Assembly (NCBI GenBank): GCA_965178125.1
Contig: OZ237775.1
Location: forward strand, 124,001 to 188,000
Direction: 5' to 3'
Source: Bilabrum cf. latius
Lineage: Eukaryota
Length of the DNA: 64,000 nt
Below are positions 1 through 12,700 of the stretch, piece by piece. A model generated the notes under the pieces. It ran no database searches and was not told where the DNA came from. It was given only the letters and a program-made list of their open reading frames with translations. How positions within the stretch are numbered: the first letter of the stretch is position 1; the number at the start of each line of letters is the position of its first letter. A program made the translations under genes and the position numbers.

Positions 1-3000
1 CAGCCGTGTCTGTTGCATAAAGGGTAGCCCGCTGCGGTGGTGCTGTTTGGGCTACTGGATGCGGATCAACTGCTCGAGCTCGAGTAGCTAAAAGCTATTG
101 TTTTGCGCGGTCTCGCTGTTCAAACTCCTGTGGATGATGGATCGGGCCGACTAGATCTAGATACAAGGGGTGGTGAAGCTTCAGCCGATGCAAAAACTGC
201 CGATGTGGGAGCTGCTGATGCGACAGCTGCCGATGTGGGAGCTGCTGATGCAACAGCTGCCGATGTGGGAGCTGCCGATGTGGGAGCTGCTGATGCAACA
301 GCTGCCGATGTGGGAGCTGCCGATGTGGGAGCTGCTGATGCGACAACTGCCGATGTGGGAGCTGCCGATGTGAAAACTGCTGATGTGACAGCTGCCGATG
401 TGGGAGCTTCCGATGTGGGAGCTTCCGATGTGGGAGCTTCCGATGTGAAAGCCGCCGATGGCAGTGAGGGCACTGGTGATGGTGGGACTGCAGTCGGATG
501 CTCGTCTGTAGACCAGGCTTTGGCTTTGCCACTGCAGGATGTGCTTGCATCGGTGGTCTCTAATCGCGATTCGAATGTGACCAGAGTCGCGCTTTCGTGG
601 ATTGCAGAGTCTGAGGCTGATGCGGCCGCGTCAAGAGTTGACTTGCCCGCTCTGATCAAAGTAGCAATAACTCATGGGCGCTGCATGAATGCAGCCATGT
701 TGCTTGCAGCAGCGTGTCGGTCGTTCCCTGAAGGTAGGTGGCTGGACGCATGCTCCTGTCTGGTTGACGCAGCTACCTCAACAAGCAATGCATTTGCCCT
801 ACAATCAATCGCGCTTTCTGTGGCGGATCCGGATGTTTGGAAGGCTCTGTGCAGCACCCCGTTCGCTCTGGTGCTCCTCGGCCGCTGCGTCCAGAGGGGC
901 GATAACGACCGCGGTGGTGACTCGCACGAAGAGAACGAAGCTGCGCGGGGTCGCATTGCAGAAGCACTCATGCAGCAGAGGATCCATCCTGACATGGTAC
1001 CATGGAGACTTACGGACAAAACGCTACGGACCGTAATCGTCCGTCAATCAATTCTGAATACCTGTGGAGTCCTGACTCGTGATGATGAGTCCGCTGTGTC
1101 TGATGGGGATGTGCAGTTGGCCTCTAAAATTGTTGCCTGGACTGCAGTGGCCAGCGAGACAAAGATCTAGCCCGATACCGATGCACCGCTTCAGCGGAAA
1201 CTTCTAGCCGATGCACTGACAAGCCAGGGACCAGTAGAGATCCATCGCGGCCTCATTAGCACTGGATTATTGCTGCACGGGGCAGACGATATGACCTGGC
1301 GATGGCTAGCTGAAGGAATTGTCCGCAAGCAGCGCTCTTGTTCGTGCCTCCTAGAGAAAAGTGCTCCGCCTGTCTGGCAGTTGCAAGCGTACCCTCAGCT
1401 TGCGGCTCGTGCCCTTAAGGCTGCTTTGCAATGGATGCAAAATCGCGACAACGATAGAGCCGCGGCACCGCGGAGCATCGGATGGCTCGATTTTACCACC
1501 ATTAGTACAGTGAGCCGGGGCGGCGGTGGCACAGCACTCAAGGCGAGCGAGGATGCAACAGGGAGTCTGCGTGAATCCGACTCTTCTTTGAACAAAGTTC
1601 CGCCTCGACCAAAACAAGTGTCGCGCGAGCCTCCCGTGCTCGAGCTCAATATGGCCAATAGTGACCTTGGATCGGGTGGACTTGCACCCGTTGTAGCTAC
1701 CCTTAGGAAGCTATCGTAGCTGGAGACTCTGAACCTGCCCTCCTGCAACCTTCATGACAAGGAGGCGACTGCCTTAGTGGATTGCATGGAGGCCATGACT
1801 AAACTGCTTCGCCTAGATTTGTCAGGTAACTTTATCACAGGGAAGGGCAGTCGTGCAATTGCCGGAGTTTTGTCTAGAATGCCAAACCTGCAACGACTGG
1901 ACCTGTGTGGCATTCAGATAGACTCAGAAGGCGCCTGGGCTCTAGCGTAGTCCTTGACCGTCCATACAAGTCTGAAATACCTTAATGTGTCCTCTACAGG
2001 GCTAGGTACCGAGGGCGCCTTAGTAGTTGCCCTATCAATTCGGCATCTGCCTTGCATTGAAGTTTTATGCATGAATGGCTGTCAGCTAGATCCCGAGGGC
2101 GGGCGCGTGCTTGCCAGCAGTCTAAGTCGGACTGCAACGTTATCAAGTCGCGGAAGCTAGCTGAAAATCATCAAACTTAAGAATACACGCCTTGGTCCTA
2201 CGGGGTGTTCCGCGCTTGCGGAGTCATTGCACTCCATGACAAGGCTGCAGCATCTTGACGTGAGCAACAGCGGGATCGGGCCGGGTGGTAGTCGTGCCCT
2301 TGCCGAGTCACTGAGGTCCATGACGGGGCTGCTGTACCTTGATGTGAGCGGGAACTACCTTGGCAAGGATGCCGCGGTGGCGCTAGCTGAGTCCTTGAGG
2401 TTTGTTGCGGGGCTACAGCACCTGAATGTGAGCGATAATAACATTGGTAAGGATGCCGGGTGCGCATTGGCTGAGTCCTTGAGGTTTGTTGCGGGGCTGC
2501 AGCACCTGAATGTGAGCGGGAACAACCTTGGCAAGGATGGCTTATGCGCACTGGCTGAGTCCTTGAGGTTTGTTGCGGGGCTGCAGCACCTGGATGTGCG
2601 CGATAATAACATTGGTAAGGATGCCGGATGCGCATTGGCTGAGTCCTTGAGGTTTGTTGCGGGTTTGCAGCACCTGAATGTGAGCGGGAACAACCTTGGC
2701 AAGGATGGCTTATGCGCACTGGCTGAGTCCTTGAGGTTTGTTGCGGGGCTGCAGCACCTGAATGTGAGCGGGAACAACCTTGGCAAGGATGGCTTATGCG
2801 CACTGGCTGAGTCCTTGAGGTTTGTTGCGGGGCTGCAGCACCTGGATGTGCGCGATAATAACATTGGTAAGGATGCCGGATGCGCATTGGCTGAGTCCTT
2901 GAGGTTTGTTGCGGGGCTGCAGCACCTGAATGTGAGCGGGAACAACCTTGGCAAGGATGGCGGAGCTACGCTGGCTGAGTCCTTGAGGTTTGTTGCGGGG

Positions 3001-5307
3001 CTGCAGCACCTGAATGTGAGCGGGAACAACCTTGGCAAGGATGGCGGATGCGCACTGGCTGAGTCCTTGAAGTGTGTTGCGGGTTTGCAGCACCTGAATG
3101 TGAGCGGGAACAACCTTGGCAAGGATGGCGGGGCTGCGCTGGCTGAGTCCTTGAGGTTTGTTGCGGGGCTGCAGCACCTGAATGTGAGCGGGAACAACCT
3201 TGGCAAGGATGGCGGGGTTGCGCTTGCTGAGTCCTTGAGGTTTGTTGCGGGGCTGCAGCACCTGAATGTGAGCGGGAACAACCTTGGCAAGGATGGCGGG
3301 TGCGCACTGGCTGAGTCCTTGAAGTGTGTTGCGGGGCTGCAGCACCTGAAAGTGAGCGGGAACAACCTTGGCAAGGATGGCGGGGCTGCGCTGGCTGAGT
3401 CCTTGAGGTTTGTTGCTGGACTGCAGCACCTGAATGTGAGCAGGAACAACCTTGGCAAGGATGGCGGGGTTGCGCTGGCTGAGTCCTTGAGGTTTGTTGC
3501 GGGGCTGCAGCACCTGAATGTGAGCGGGAACAACCTTGGCAAGGATGCCGGGCGCGCACTGGCTGAGTCCTTGAGGTTTGTTGCGGGGCTGCAGCACCTG
3601 AATGTGAGCGGGAACAACCTTGGCAAGGATGGCGTATGCGCATTGGCTGAGTCCTTGAGGTTTGGTTTGGGGCTGCAGCACCTGAATGTGAGCAGGAACA
3701 ACCTTGGCAAGGATGGCGGGTGCGCACTGGCTGAGTCCTTGAGGTTTGTTCCGGGGCTGCAGCACCTGAATGTGAGCGGGAACAACCTTGGCAAGGATGC
3801 CGGGTGCGCATTGGCTGAGTCCTTGAGGTGTGTTGCGGGGCTGCAGCACCTGAATGTGAGCGGGAACAACCTTGGCAAGGATGGCGGGGTTGCGCTTGCT
3901 GAGTCCTTGAAGTCCGTTGCGGGGCTGATGATGCTTGATGTGAGCGGGAACAATCTCGGCAAGGATGGCGGGGCTGCGCTGGCTGAGTCCTTGAGGTTTG
4001 TTGCGGGTTTGCAGCACATGAAAGTGAGCGGGAACAATCTCGGGCCGGATGCCGGGGCTGCGCTGGCTGAGTCCTTGAGGTTTGTTCCGGGGCTGAGAGT
4101 TCTTGATGTGAGCGGGAACAACCTTGGCAAGGACGGTGGGGTTGCGATTGCTGAGTCCTTGAAGTCCGTTGCGGGGCTGATGATGCTTGGTGTGAGCAGG
4201 AACAACCTTGGCAAGGATGCCGGGTGCGCACTGGCTGAGTCCTTGAAGTCCGTTGCGGGCCTGATGATGCTTGGTGTGAGCGGGAACAATCTCGGCAAGG
4301 ATGGCGGGGTTGCGCTTGCTGAGTCCTTGAAGTCCGTTGCGGGCCTGATGGTGCTTGGTGTGAGCGGGAACAATCTCGGCAAGGATGGCGGGGCTGCGCT
4401 GGCTGAGTCCTTGAGGTTTGTTCCGGGGCTGAAAGTTCTTGAAGTGAGCGGGAACAATCTCGGCAAGGATGGCGGGGTTGCGCTTGCTGAGTCCTTGAAG
4501 TCCGTTGCGGGCCTGATGGTGCTTGGTGTGAGCGGGAACAATCTCGGCAAGGATGGCGGGGTTGCGCTTGCTGAGTCCTTGAAGTCCGTTGCGGGCCTGA
4601 TGGTGCTTGGTGTGAGCGGGAACAATCTCGGCAAGGATGGCGGGGCTGCGCTGGCTGAGTCCTTGAGGTTTGTTCCGGGGCTGAAAGTTCTTGAAGTGAG
4701 CGGGAACAATCTAGGCAAGGATGGCGGGGTTGCGCTTGCTGAGTCCTTGAAGTCCGTTGCGGGGCTGGTGGTGCTTGATGTGAGCGGGAACAATCTCGGC
4801 AAGGATGGTGGGGTTGCGCTGGCTGAGTCCTTGAAGTCCGTTGCGGGGCTGATGATGCTTGGTGTGAGCGGGAACAATCTCGGCAAGGATGGTGGGGTTG
4901 CGCTGGCTGAGTCCTTGAAGACCGTTGCGGGGCTGATGATGCTTGATGTGAGCGGGAACAATCTCGGGCCGGATGCAGGGGGTGTGCTGGTTGAGTCCTT
5001 GAAGACCGTTGCGGGGCTGATGGTGCTTGATGTAAGCAGGAACAATCTCGGGCCGGGTGCAGGAAGTGCGCTAGCTGAGTCCTTGAAGACCGTTGCAGGG
5101 CTGATGGTGCTTGATGTGAGCGGGAACAATCTCGCGCCGGATGCAGGGGATGTGCTGGCCGCGTCCTTGCGATTTGGATCGGGGCTGCAGCATCTGAATG
5201 TGAGCGGGAAATAGCTCGGGTCGGACACCGTTGAAGTCATTGGAGAGCTCCTGCAGTACATGGTGATACTGGACCCCTTTGCCCATTTGCTTAAATTATC
5301 TAGCTGA
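1..5307 (+). CDS. Large protein with C-terminal ribonuclease-inhibitor-type (28-aa) leucine-rich repeat array; 5'-truncated by window edge
   Basis: Frame +1 is open from base 1 to TGA 5305-5307 once TAGs (25, 85, 1168, 1717, 1948, 2158, 5212) are read through, joining ORFs 103-1170, 1270-1719, 1954-2160 and 2227-5214. LxxLxVSGNNLGxDGxxALAESL repeats; degenerate LRRs (LETLNL, LLRLDLSGN) begin about 1650. Confidence 0.85.
196..460 (+). repeat. Coding minisatellite, 15-bp units (GCTGCCGATGTGGGA; AADVG / AADAT)
   Basis: Directly visible tandem 15-bp units with variants, encoding AADVG/AADAT/ASDVG. Confidence 0.9.
2227..5214 (+). repeat. 84-bp tandem LRR-coding array, about 35 units, high DNA identity between units
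   Basis: Unit such as GCTGAGTCCTTGAGGTTTGTTGCGGGGCTGCAGCACCTGAATGTGAGCGGGAACAACCTTGGCAAGGATGGC recurs every 84 nt. Confidence 0.95.
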
Positions 5308-7173
5308 AAGGTTGCGGTGATCGGATCCAGAGTGGGTCCCGTTATGTTATACTTCGAAGGTGTTACTTATCTTTGTCCAATCTGACGTTTGGTTGTACTG
5401 CCCCGCGAAGTCAGCCTTAGAGGTGCAGGCCCTCGAGTCTAATTGTGACCTGTCAACTTCCACATCCGCATGTGGTCGGGTAATCCGATCCCCCCCATCC
5501 GAGTCACTCGTCACACACATGCCCAAACCCCCACCCGGCCTGTGCCTCCCCCTTCCAATCCGCCGCATCAACCCGATGAACCCACCAATCATCTTCTCTT
5601 CCACTACTTCCCCCCCTTTCCGGTGAACCGTCGCCCCTCTCCCTCTGCTCTGTCCTCCCCCCCAAACCCAACGTGGAGGTTGCTAATGACACCTTGGGTG
5701 AATGAAGCAATCGGAATTTAATTCGGTGGAGTCAGGTCCGATTTTGGTCTGGCTGCACTGATTGCATCCTTCGAGGCATGAGTTGCCTGGAGGATCAACG
5801 GTGCATCAGCGGCTGCTGTGGTTGGATGCGAGGGCTTGTCCCGCAACAACCCGTCTGTTTTGGTCATCGCTACGCCTGTGTTAGGTGTTCTACCGCACGG
5901 GTACGGCGTTGATCTGGATTTTCGAATTGTGTGCTCTTTCACTGTCGTGGATGGCATCTTAAACCAAGATTCCTATCCTATCCTATCCCTCCATTCGCCC
6001 ACCCCACCCACCCCCCCCTCTGTACTTCCCTTCCTAGCCGCTCTCCCTCTCTCACTCCTCCGCATCGCTACGTCGCATCGGAGCCTGCACCTTGAGCGGG
6101 TCCTGCGCCCACGGAGTGACCTCAATCTCAGAGACCTTGCTGGCCTCACCAACAAAGGGTCACGACCCCTTGTTGCTTGGGTGCGGCGGCTACAGCAGTA
6201 CGCAGGGAGGGATTTTGGTCAAAACTCCTAGTATCGCATATAAACTTAAGTATCTATTAAATAGGAGATTCTGTAGATTATTTTTGCTTGGCGTCGTGCA
6301 GCCTGAGACCACGTCAACGGCGGCAGTGCTTCCCGAGACCCGGGCAGCCCCCGGATACCACTGAGTCCGGACAGCCATTTCTGGACACCTCGCCCAAGGA
6401 TCAAATTCTTAGCTAGTCTAGTACTTGGAATATACACAAAATGAAACCAAATCCACGGATTTGGGCTTCTCGCGGCAAGTTGAGGTCGATGAACTTGGTC
6501 GCTCAACTCTGCATTCAAATAAATTCGTTCTGAACCACCGAAACCGCGGTAGGTTCACGGATATAGTTGCGTGGATACTAAAAACCCGAAAAAGTTCGTA
6601 GTAGAGGGAGGTAGGGAAGGGGGTCAGGCTTCGTTTTTATGCCAGACCAGCCTGAAGAGCATAGTGTTGCAACATACCTGCCCAACACGACACGACCGCA
6701 TCAAATAACGTAGAAAACACATTTTGGCCCACAAAATAGTGCAGTACAGCGCCCATTCCTCGGAAGAATGCTCAAATTATAGAATTCGGCTCTGCCAGCG
6801 AGCACTCAGGACTGGCCAGCACGCCATGCCGCTCGACATTAAACTCAACTTTGCCAATCAAAAGGGCACATAAATCTATTCTCCATAAAACGGTATCAGA
6901 GATAATGCCTCAATCTAGGCGAGAATCGCATCACCTTGTCGAGCGGGCCATTGGAGCGATTTGCGGGATCCAGAACCTCAGATCCAGCGACTCAATCTCA
7001 GTGAATAATCAATTTGATGGAATCTGCAGAGTCTCGAAAGAATTCATCGGGTGGGAGCCGAAAAAAGTGGCTGGAAAAATACCGGCCCCTTTCCCGTCGC
7101 AACTGTGGGCGCCGCCGCGCCGACCAGCTCCGGTAACTTTTTTTCGAGCGCGGGTTATTGAGACTAGATCTAG

Positions 7174-9363
7174 TCACTGCGTTCTTCTTTTTTTGGCAGC
7201 GGGCTCGTCCACCTGCATGTCATCATCATCGTCATCCTAATCATCCCCGGGCGGGGGCTCGTCAGGCGACCGAGGCGCAAACCCACCCACACCGTTGTCC
7301 CCGGGCGGGGGCTCGTCCGGCGACCGAGGCGCAAACCCACCCACACCGCTGTCCCCGGGCGGGGGCTCGTCCGGCGACCGAGGCGCAAACCCACCCACAC
7401 CGTTGTCCCCGGGCGGGGGCTCGTCAGGCGACCGAGGCGCAAACCCACCCACACCGCTGTCCCCGGGCGGGGGCTCGTCCGGCGACCGAGGCGCAAACCC
7501 ACCCACACCGCTGTCCCCGGGCGGGGGCTCGTCCGGCGACCGAGGCGCAAACCCGCCAACACCGCTGTCCCCGGGCGGGGGCTCGTCCGGCGACCGAGGC
7601 GCAAACCCATTCGCCCCAGTCCCAGCCTCCTACACTACCGCACTCGTCACACGCACCGACGCCATGAGCATCTTGCCCCTCTGCACCTCTTCCACCTTTG
7701 TGATCTCCCCCACGCCCGCGAGTGCTCCCCTGAGTCCCTACACGTCGTAGTTCCTCGGCAGCTTGAGTAGAACCCACCTGCACTTGCCCCGCTCGCACAG
7801 GGTTCTCACGACCCCCTTGAGGGGCTGTTCCCCGAGGTACAGCTCCAGTGCCTGCACCTTGAGGTACTCTGGCCCTCCCCACGGGGGGTCGAAGAACACC
7901 AGGTCCTGCTGCAGCTGCAGGGGCACTACGGCTCCGTCACCGCAGTGCACGGTCACCCTGTCGGCGACCCCCGTGACCCGCAGGTTGTGCTGCAGCAGCT
8001 CGGATCTCTGCCTGGAGATCTCCACCGCGTGAACCTTCGCGAACCTTCGCCCGAAACTGATGGTGTTTCCCCCCACGCAGGCCGTGGCGTCCGTTACTGT
8101 TGCTCCCGCCCCTACGAGCGAGACCGCCTCACTCGTCATCCTCTCCGCAAGATCGGATCGAGTCACGGAGAACAGGCTCAGGCTGTCCAGCTTCAGCCGC
8201 TCCACCACTTCCGGTTTCTCTCCAGAGAACAGCTGCTTCCGCTTGAACCTGGGCCTCTCCGGGAGCCCGCTGGAGGGCCCCTGGTAGACCTCCGCCTGCA
8301 CGTCACTCGCGGCCGCCCTGGAGGCCTGCAGGCCCAGGCTGGCACCATGCACCGCCGCGCTGGGGGCGTGGGTCAGACCAGAGGATGCTAGGGAGGAGGA
8401 TGGCTACATCGCACTCGTCTGCACCTCCTTCCCCGCCAGCGCCCACTCGTCATCATCCTCCTCCATGTCGCTGCCCTCGTCCTCGTCCTGGTACCCCCCC
8501 TACCCCTGACCCCCCATGCCCATCGCCCCCCGAGCAGCCGCACCCGATCCACCCGAGAAGCTGTACTGGGCACTCGAAGCTGCAGCAGAAGATGAAGATG
8601 AAGAGCTAGCGGCAGGCGCTGACAAGGCCCCGGCCCCATTGGATTCGGAGTCGAAAAGCGGCTTGAAGGCCTTCATCGCCGCCCCGGCACCGTCCTCATC
8701 CTCCTCGTCCTCCTCCGGCCCCTACCCCTGCCCCTGCACCGTGCCAGGACCCGCCCCGACGGCCCCGCTGCGTCCTGCATCCCCGCCACCGAGACTCAGA
8801 CCGTCCAACTCGTCACCCCCTTGGGATGCACTCGTCACACCAGCCCCGCCCGCCCCCGTCTTCGCAGGCGCCCAACCGTCCACCACCACCAGCAGCTCCA
8901 GCTGTGGCGAGCCCAGCAACCTCCCGTCGTGCGGCGGGAGCACCACGAGTCTAGCCCCTGCTGGCGGCTGCTGGGCCCCTCCCTGCAGCGGGGCGAGCAC
9001 AGCCGCTTTGGGGGCCGAGGTGCCTGCCAGCCCGTGGAGCAGGTACTTGGCGAACCCGGTGAACTGCGCAGGGAGATCGTCAGGTCAGTGGGCTGGGAGA
9101 ACGCAGCGATGCTCATGTTTTTCTGCAAGGTTCTCATGGAAGCGAAGCAAAGCGTCGCTTACTTTGTGGGCGCGGTCCGGCTAGCTGCACCTGAGCTTCA
9201 CGAGCCGAGTCGAAGGGGGAGGCAGCTTGCCACGCAGGTACTCTTTGACTACAAATCGCTTCGGCCTGCAGTGTATCAACAAGTAGTTGCGCAAGCAACT
9301 GCCTATTTCCGTTGCGTGGAGCTGGGGTAATGTGGATCTGTGAGCTACGTGTAGCTTACCCAT
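7174..9363 (-). CDS. Trimethylguanosine synthase-like RNA cap guanine-N2 methyltransferase with C-terminal SP/PPP repeats; start uncertain
   Basis: SLFSVT..VTDATACVGGNTISF..VHAVEI..LQHNLRV..DLVFFDPPWGGPEY..LKLPRNYD matches TGS-family motifs. The frame stays open through TAGs (9181, 8722, 8500, 8404, 7738, about 7631, 7237) to TGA at 7174-7176. Probable intron 9064-9162 (GTAAGC..CACTGAC..GCAG). Confidence 0.8.
7245..7609 (-). repeat. 54-bp coding tandem repeat, about 6.7 copies (GGFAPRSPDEPPPGD[S/N]GV)
   Basis: Near-perfect units visible at 54-nt spacing. Confidence 0.95.
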
Positions 9364-9733
9364 TGAACCAAGGCTTGGCCTCTGCTGGAATCGCGCTTGA
9401 GTTCGTCGCCATGCACATGCTAACCGGCGCAGACCGACCATTCTCAAGGACGCAAAGTTGGACTGGGCGGCTCGACATTTTGGACGCTTTGTGCGCACCC
9501 TGGCGCTGCTCTGCACCTGCTCGTCAACCTGACTCCGTGCAGAGGAGTAAGATTTGCCCACACCGGGGTCACTACAATTATTTCGTGAATCGTACCAATC
9601 AAATAGAAAAAGGTGCAGTGATTCCCTGGGACAAGCCCCACAATGGAAGTTCAAGCTGACAATGGAAAGTGCACGTTACCATAACGAAGAGTCGTTGGAG
9701 GGAAAGGAAACTAGGCAGCAGTACAGCCTATCT

Positions 9734-12700
9734 ATGGCAGCTAGAGGCGGTGCGCTCGCACCTAAAGCTAGTGCTGCCGCAGCGGCACGTCGACGGGACG
9801 TAGCGAAGGGAAAATCGAATATTTTAGTGGCTGTCCGGGTCCGACCGCTAAGTGGAAAGGAAGCTGGCAGAACGAAGTCGGTAGTCAAGGTAGTAGATGA
9901 GAAGCTTGTCGTTTGCATGGACCCTGGTAGAGCTAAAGACGATGTACTCCGTGCAAAGCGGTCTAGGGAGCGACGGTTCGCGTTTGATCATGCCTTCGGA
10001 CCAGATTCCGAGCAGGCGGCAGTATTCGAGAACACGACCGCTTTCCTCTTGGATGGGGTGCTACAGGGCTACAACGCAACCGTATTTGCGTACGGAGCTA
10101 CTGGGGCCGGAAAGACTTACACCATGCTCGGAAAGGAGGGCGAGGCGCGCGGCATCATGGTGCGCACGCTGGAGCGGCTCTGGTCTGGGCTGCAGAAGCG
10201 AGCAGAGGAAGAGAGGACGGAATTTTCCGTAACTATGTCGTACATTGAGCTGTACAACGAGCAGATCCGTGACCTGCTCACTCCCTCCTCCGAGGCCCTC
10301 GATCTGAGGGAGGACCCCATCAGGGGGCCCGTGGTGGCGGGCGTCACAGAGGTCGAGGCAAGCGGGGCGCAGGAAGTCATGAGCATGCTGCAGCAGGGAA
10401 ACGCGCGTAGGACGCAGGAGAGCACCGCCGCAAACGCCGAGAGCAGCCGGTCCCACGCCGTGCTGCAGGTGCTGGTGGAGCAGCGGAGCGCCAGCCAGGA
10501 CGAGGCCCAGGTCAGCAAGCTCTGCCTCATTGACCTGGCGGGATCCGAGCGGGCCTCCAACACGAAGAACAAGGGGATCCGGTTGAGGGAAGGCGCCAAC
10601 ATCAACAGGAGCCTCCTCGCCCTCGGCAACGTGATCAACGCCCTGGCCAGCGGGCAGCGGGGCACCTTCGTGTCCTACCGTGACAGCAAGCTCACGAGGC
10701 TGCTAAAGGACTCGCTGGGCGGCAACGCAAGGACCGTCATGATCGCGGCAGTGAGTCCGTCTTCGGGCAGTTTCGAAGAGACGCTCAACACTCTCAAGTA
10801 TGCCAACAGGGCAAAGAACATCAAGACAAGGGCCACAAGGAACGTTGTATCGGTGGCTCATCACGTGTCAGAGTACGAACAGCTGATCAAGGCACTCAGG
10901 GGGGAAATCTCGCAGCTGAAAACTCGGCTAGAGGGGGCTGAGGCCGAGGCAGATGGAGACGGAGGGGTGGGAGGGGAGGGTGCAGGCGGGCCGGGGTTCG
11001 CAGTAGAGGTGGGAGCTGGGGCGGGGTCGGGCGCAAGCAGCGGCGCGGGCGGTGCTGGGGTCACATCCCCTGGACTGGGCGGGGGCAAGGGCCGCTCCCC
11101 CCGGGCCAGCATGACGGGGGGTGCTCGGGCCCGCATGCGCGCCCTCCGCCAGGCCCTGGTGGAGTCCTTTAGGGATAGGACCCAGCTGCGGCAGTCCCTC
11201 AGCGAGCTGGATGCCACGGATGCCAGGAACAGGGCAGAGGTGAGCAGGAGACAGCTCCTCGTGGCGAGGATCGAGCACGCCCTCAAGCAGAGCCAGCCGG
11301 GTGCGGCACCTCTAGACATGACCATGACGGTCAATGACCGGGCCGCGGTTCTCCAGCTCAAGGCGACCGCGGCGCGGGCTGCCGCCGCCTCCCACGAGAT
11401 TCAGGGCCACCGGCACGTCCTGCAGGAGCTCCGATCCTCCCTGGGGACGAACGACCAGAAGCGCGAAGAGCTCAAGGGGGAGCTCAAGGACTCGGAATCG
11501 CAAACGCAGCGCATTCTGCGGGAACTGGAGGCGGTTGGCGGTGCCTCGGAGGAGGGGAGGGAGGTGGTCCTGCTGCAGTACCAGCTGGGGCTAGCCGAGC
11601 TCGAGAAGATGGAGGGGGAGAGGAGAGTGGAGATGCACGGGGCCATCCTGAGGGAGAGAGAGCTGGAGCTGAGGAAGATGAGGACGCAGCTGAGGGCGAG
11701 GGACCGGCTGATCCAGCAGTGTTCCCAGTTGATCGTGGACAGGGGGCTGGCTCATCTGGTAGACCTGGAGGCTCTGGAGGCAGTGGACAGGGAGCTTGCG
11801 GGGGAGGACGGCGAGCTGGGGGAGGACACGGACGATGGAGACGTGGGAGATGACGATGAGGAGGAGGAGGAGGAGGAGGAGGAGGATGCGGCCAGCGGTG
11901 CCTCCAGTGTCGGGGGCGGGCAGTCGTCCGTGTCTCCTGCGGCCCATGCGGCAGGTGTGGGTGCTGGGGCGGGTGCGTCGTCCAAGCGCACCCCTGCCCC
12001 TCGGGGCGCTGCTGTCTCCATCGCGCTGGAGGCAAACAGTGGGGCGACGGATCGATCGGGGGTCGGAGCTGGGAGCTCATCGGTGGCGCATGGCAGCAGC
12101 GGCAGTGGCAGCGGCGCGGGCGCGGGTGTTGGCGTGTTCGAGGGAAGGCATCCGCTGAAGGTTGAGGTGGACAGCAGCGAGGAGAACTCCCCCGTGGGTG
12201 CATCGCACGGCGTTGCACAGGGGAACACAAGAGGCACCCCACCCAAGGGCAAGGCAGGTGCACTGCACGGTGGTGCGGCTGGCCGGGACCTGACCCCTCT
12301 GTCGAAGGCCATGGTGGAGAGCAGCGGCAGGGGCGGCAGGCGTGCTGGTGCTGGTGCTGGCGAGAGAACAAGGAAGCAGCCCGGGGGGATGCGTGCTATT
12401 GGGCATGAATCAACGGAGCTGGACTCGGCGCACTCCCGACCGCAACGAGCCGGCAACATGGGTGCAGCGTGGGGCGGCAAGGGGCCCGGGCAGGGGTAGG
12501 GGCAGGAGCGTGGGTAGGGGTAGGGTGGGTAGGGGTAGGGGTAGGGTGGGTATGCCGGTCTGGACCGCGCGCGCCAGGCCAGACACCGCCTCGCTGTGGA
12601 GGCACCCGCCACGCAGCACCTGCCCTCTGCTCTGCTAGGCGCGGGGAGGCGGGTGGTGAGTGGGCCCGTGAGGACGGGTGCAGGGCACGGTGGTGCGGAT

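Noticed and set aside
1948-1950. TAG = Glu (ALA*SL versus LRR consensus ALAESL)
   Set aside because: Single degenerate repeat; FAH, two paralog alignments and the GQ repeats all indicate Gln.
2198-5261. Long antisense and alternative-frame ORFs over the LRR array (also over kinesin, MAP3K, GH3)
   Set aside because: By-products of tandem repeats and high GC; no independent domain signal.
7245-7609. CRISPR-like array
   Set aside because: Contiguous in-frame tandem units without unique spacers; eukaryotic context; no cas genes.
9338-9359. Possible 22-nt micro-intron (GTAAGC..CACAG) near the TGS start
   Set aside because: Splicing it shifts into a frame that soon hits TGA; other introns here are about 87-280 nt.
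12497-12544. Pyrrolysine or programmed leaky readthrough
   Set aside because: TAGs are ubiquitous, clustered, context-independent and aligned to Gln; pyrrolysine is not known in eukaryotes.
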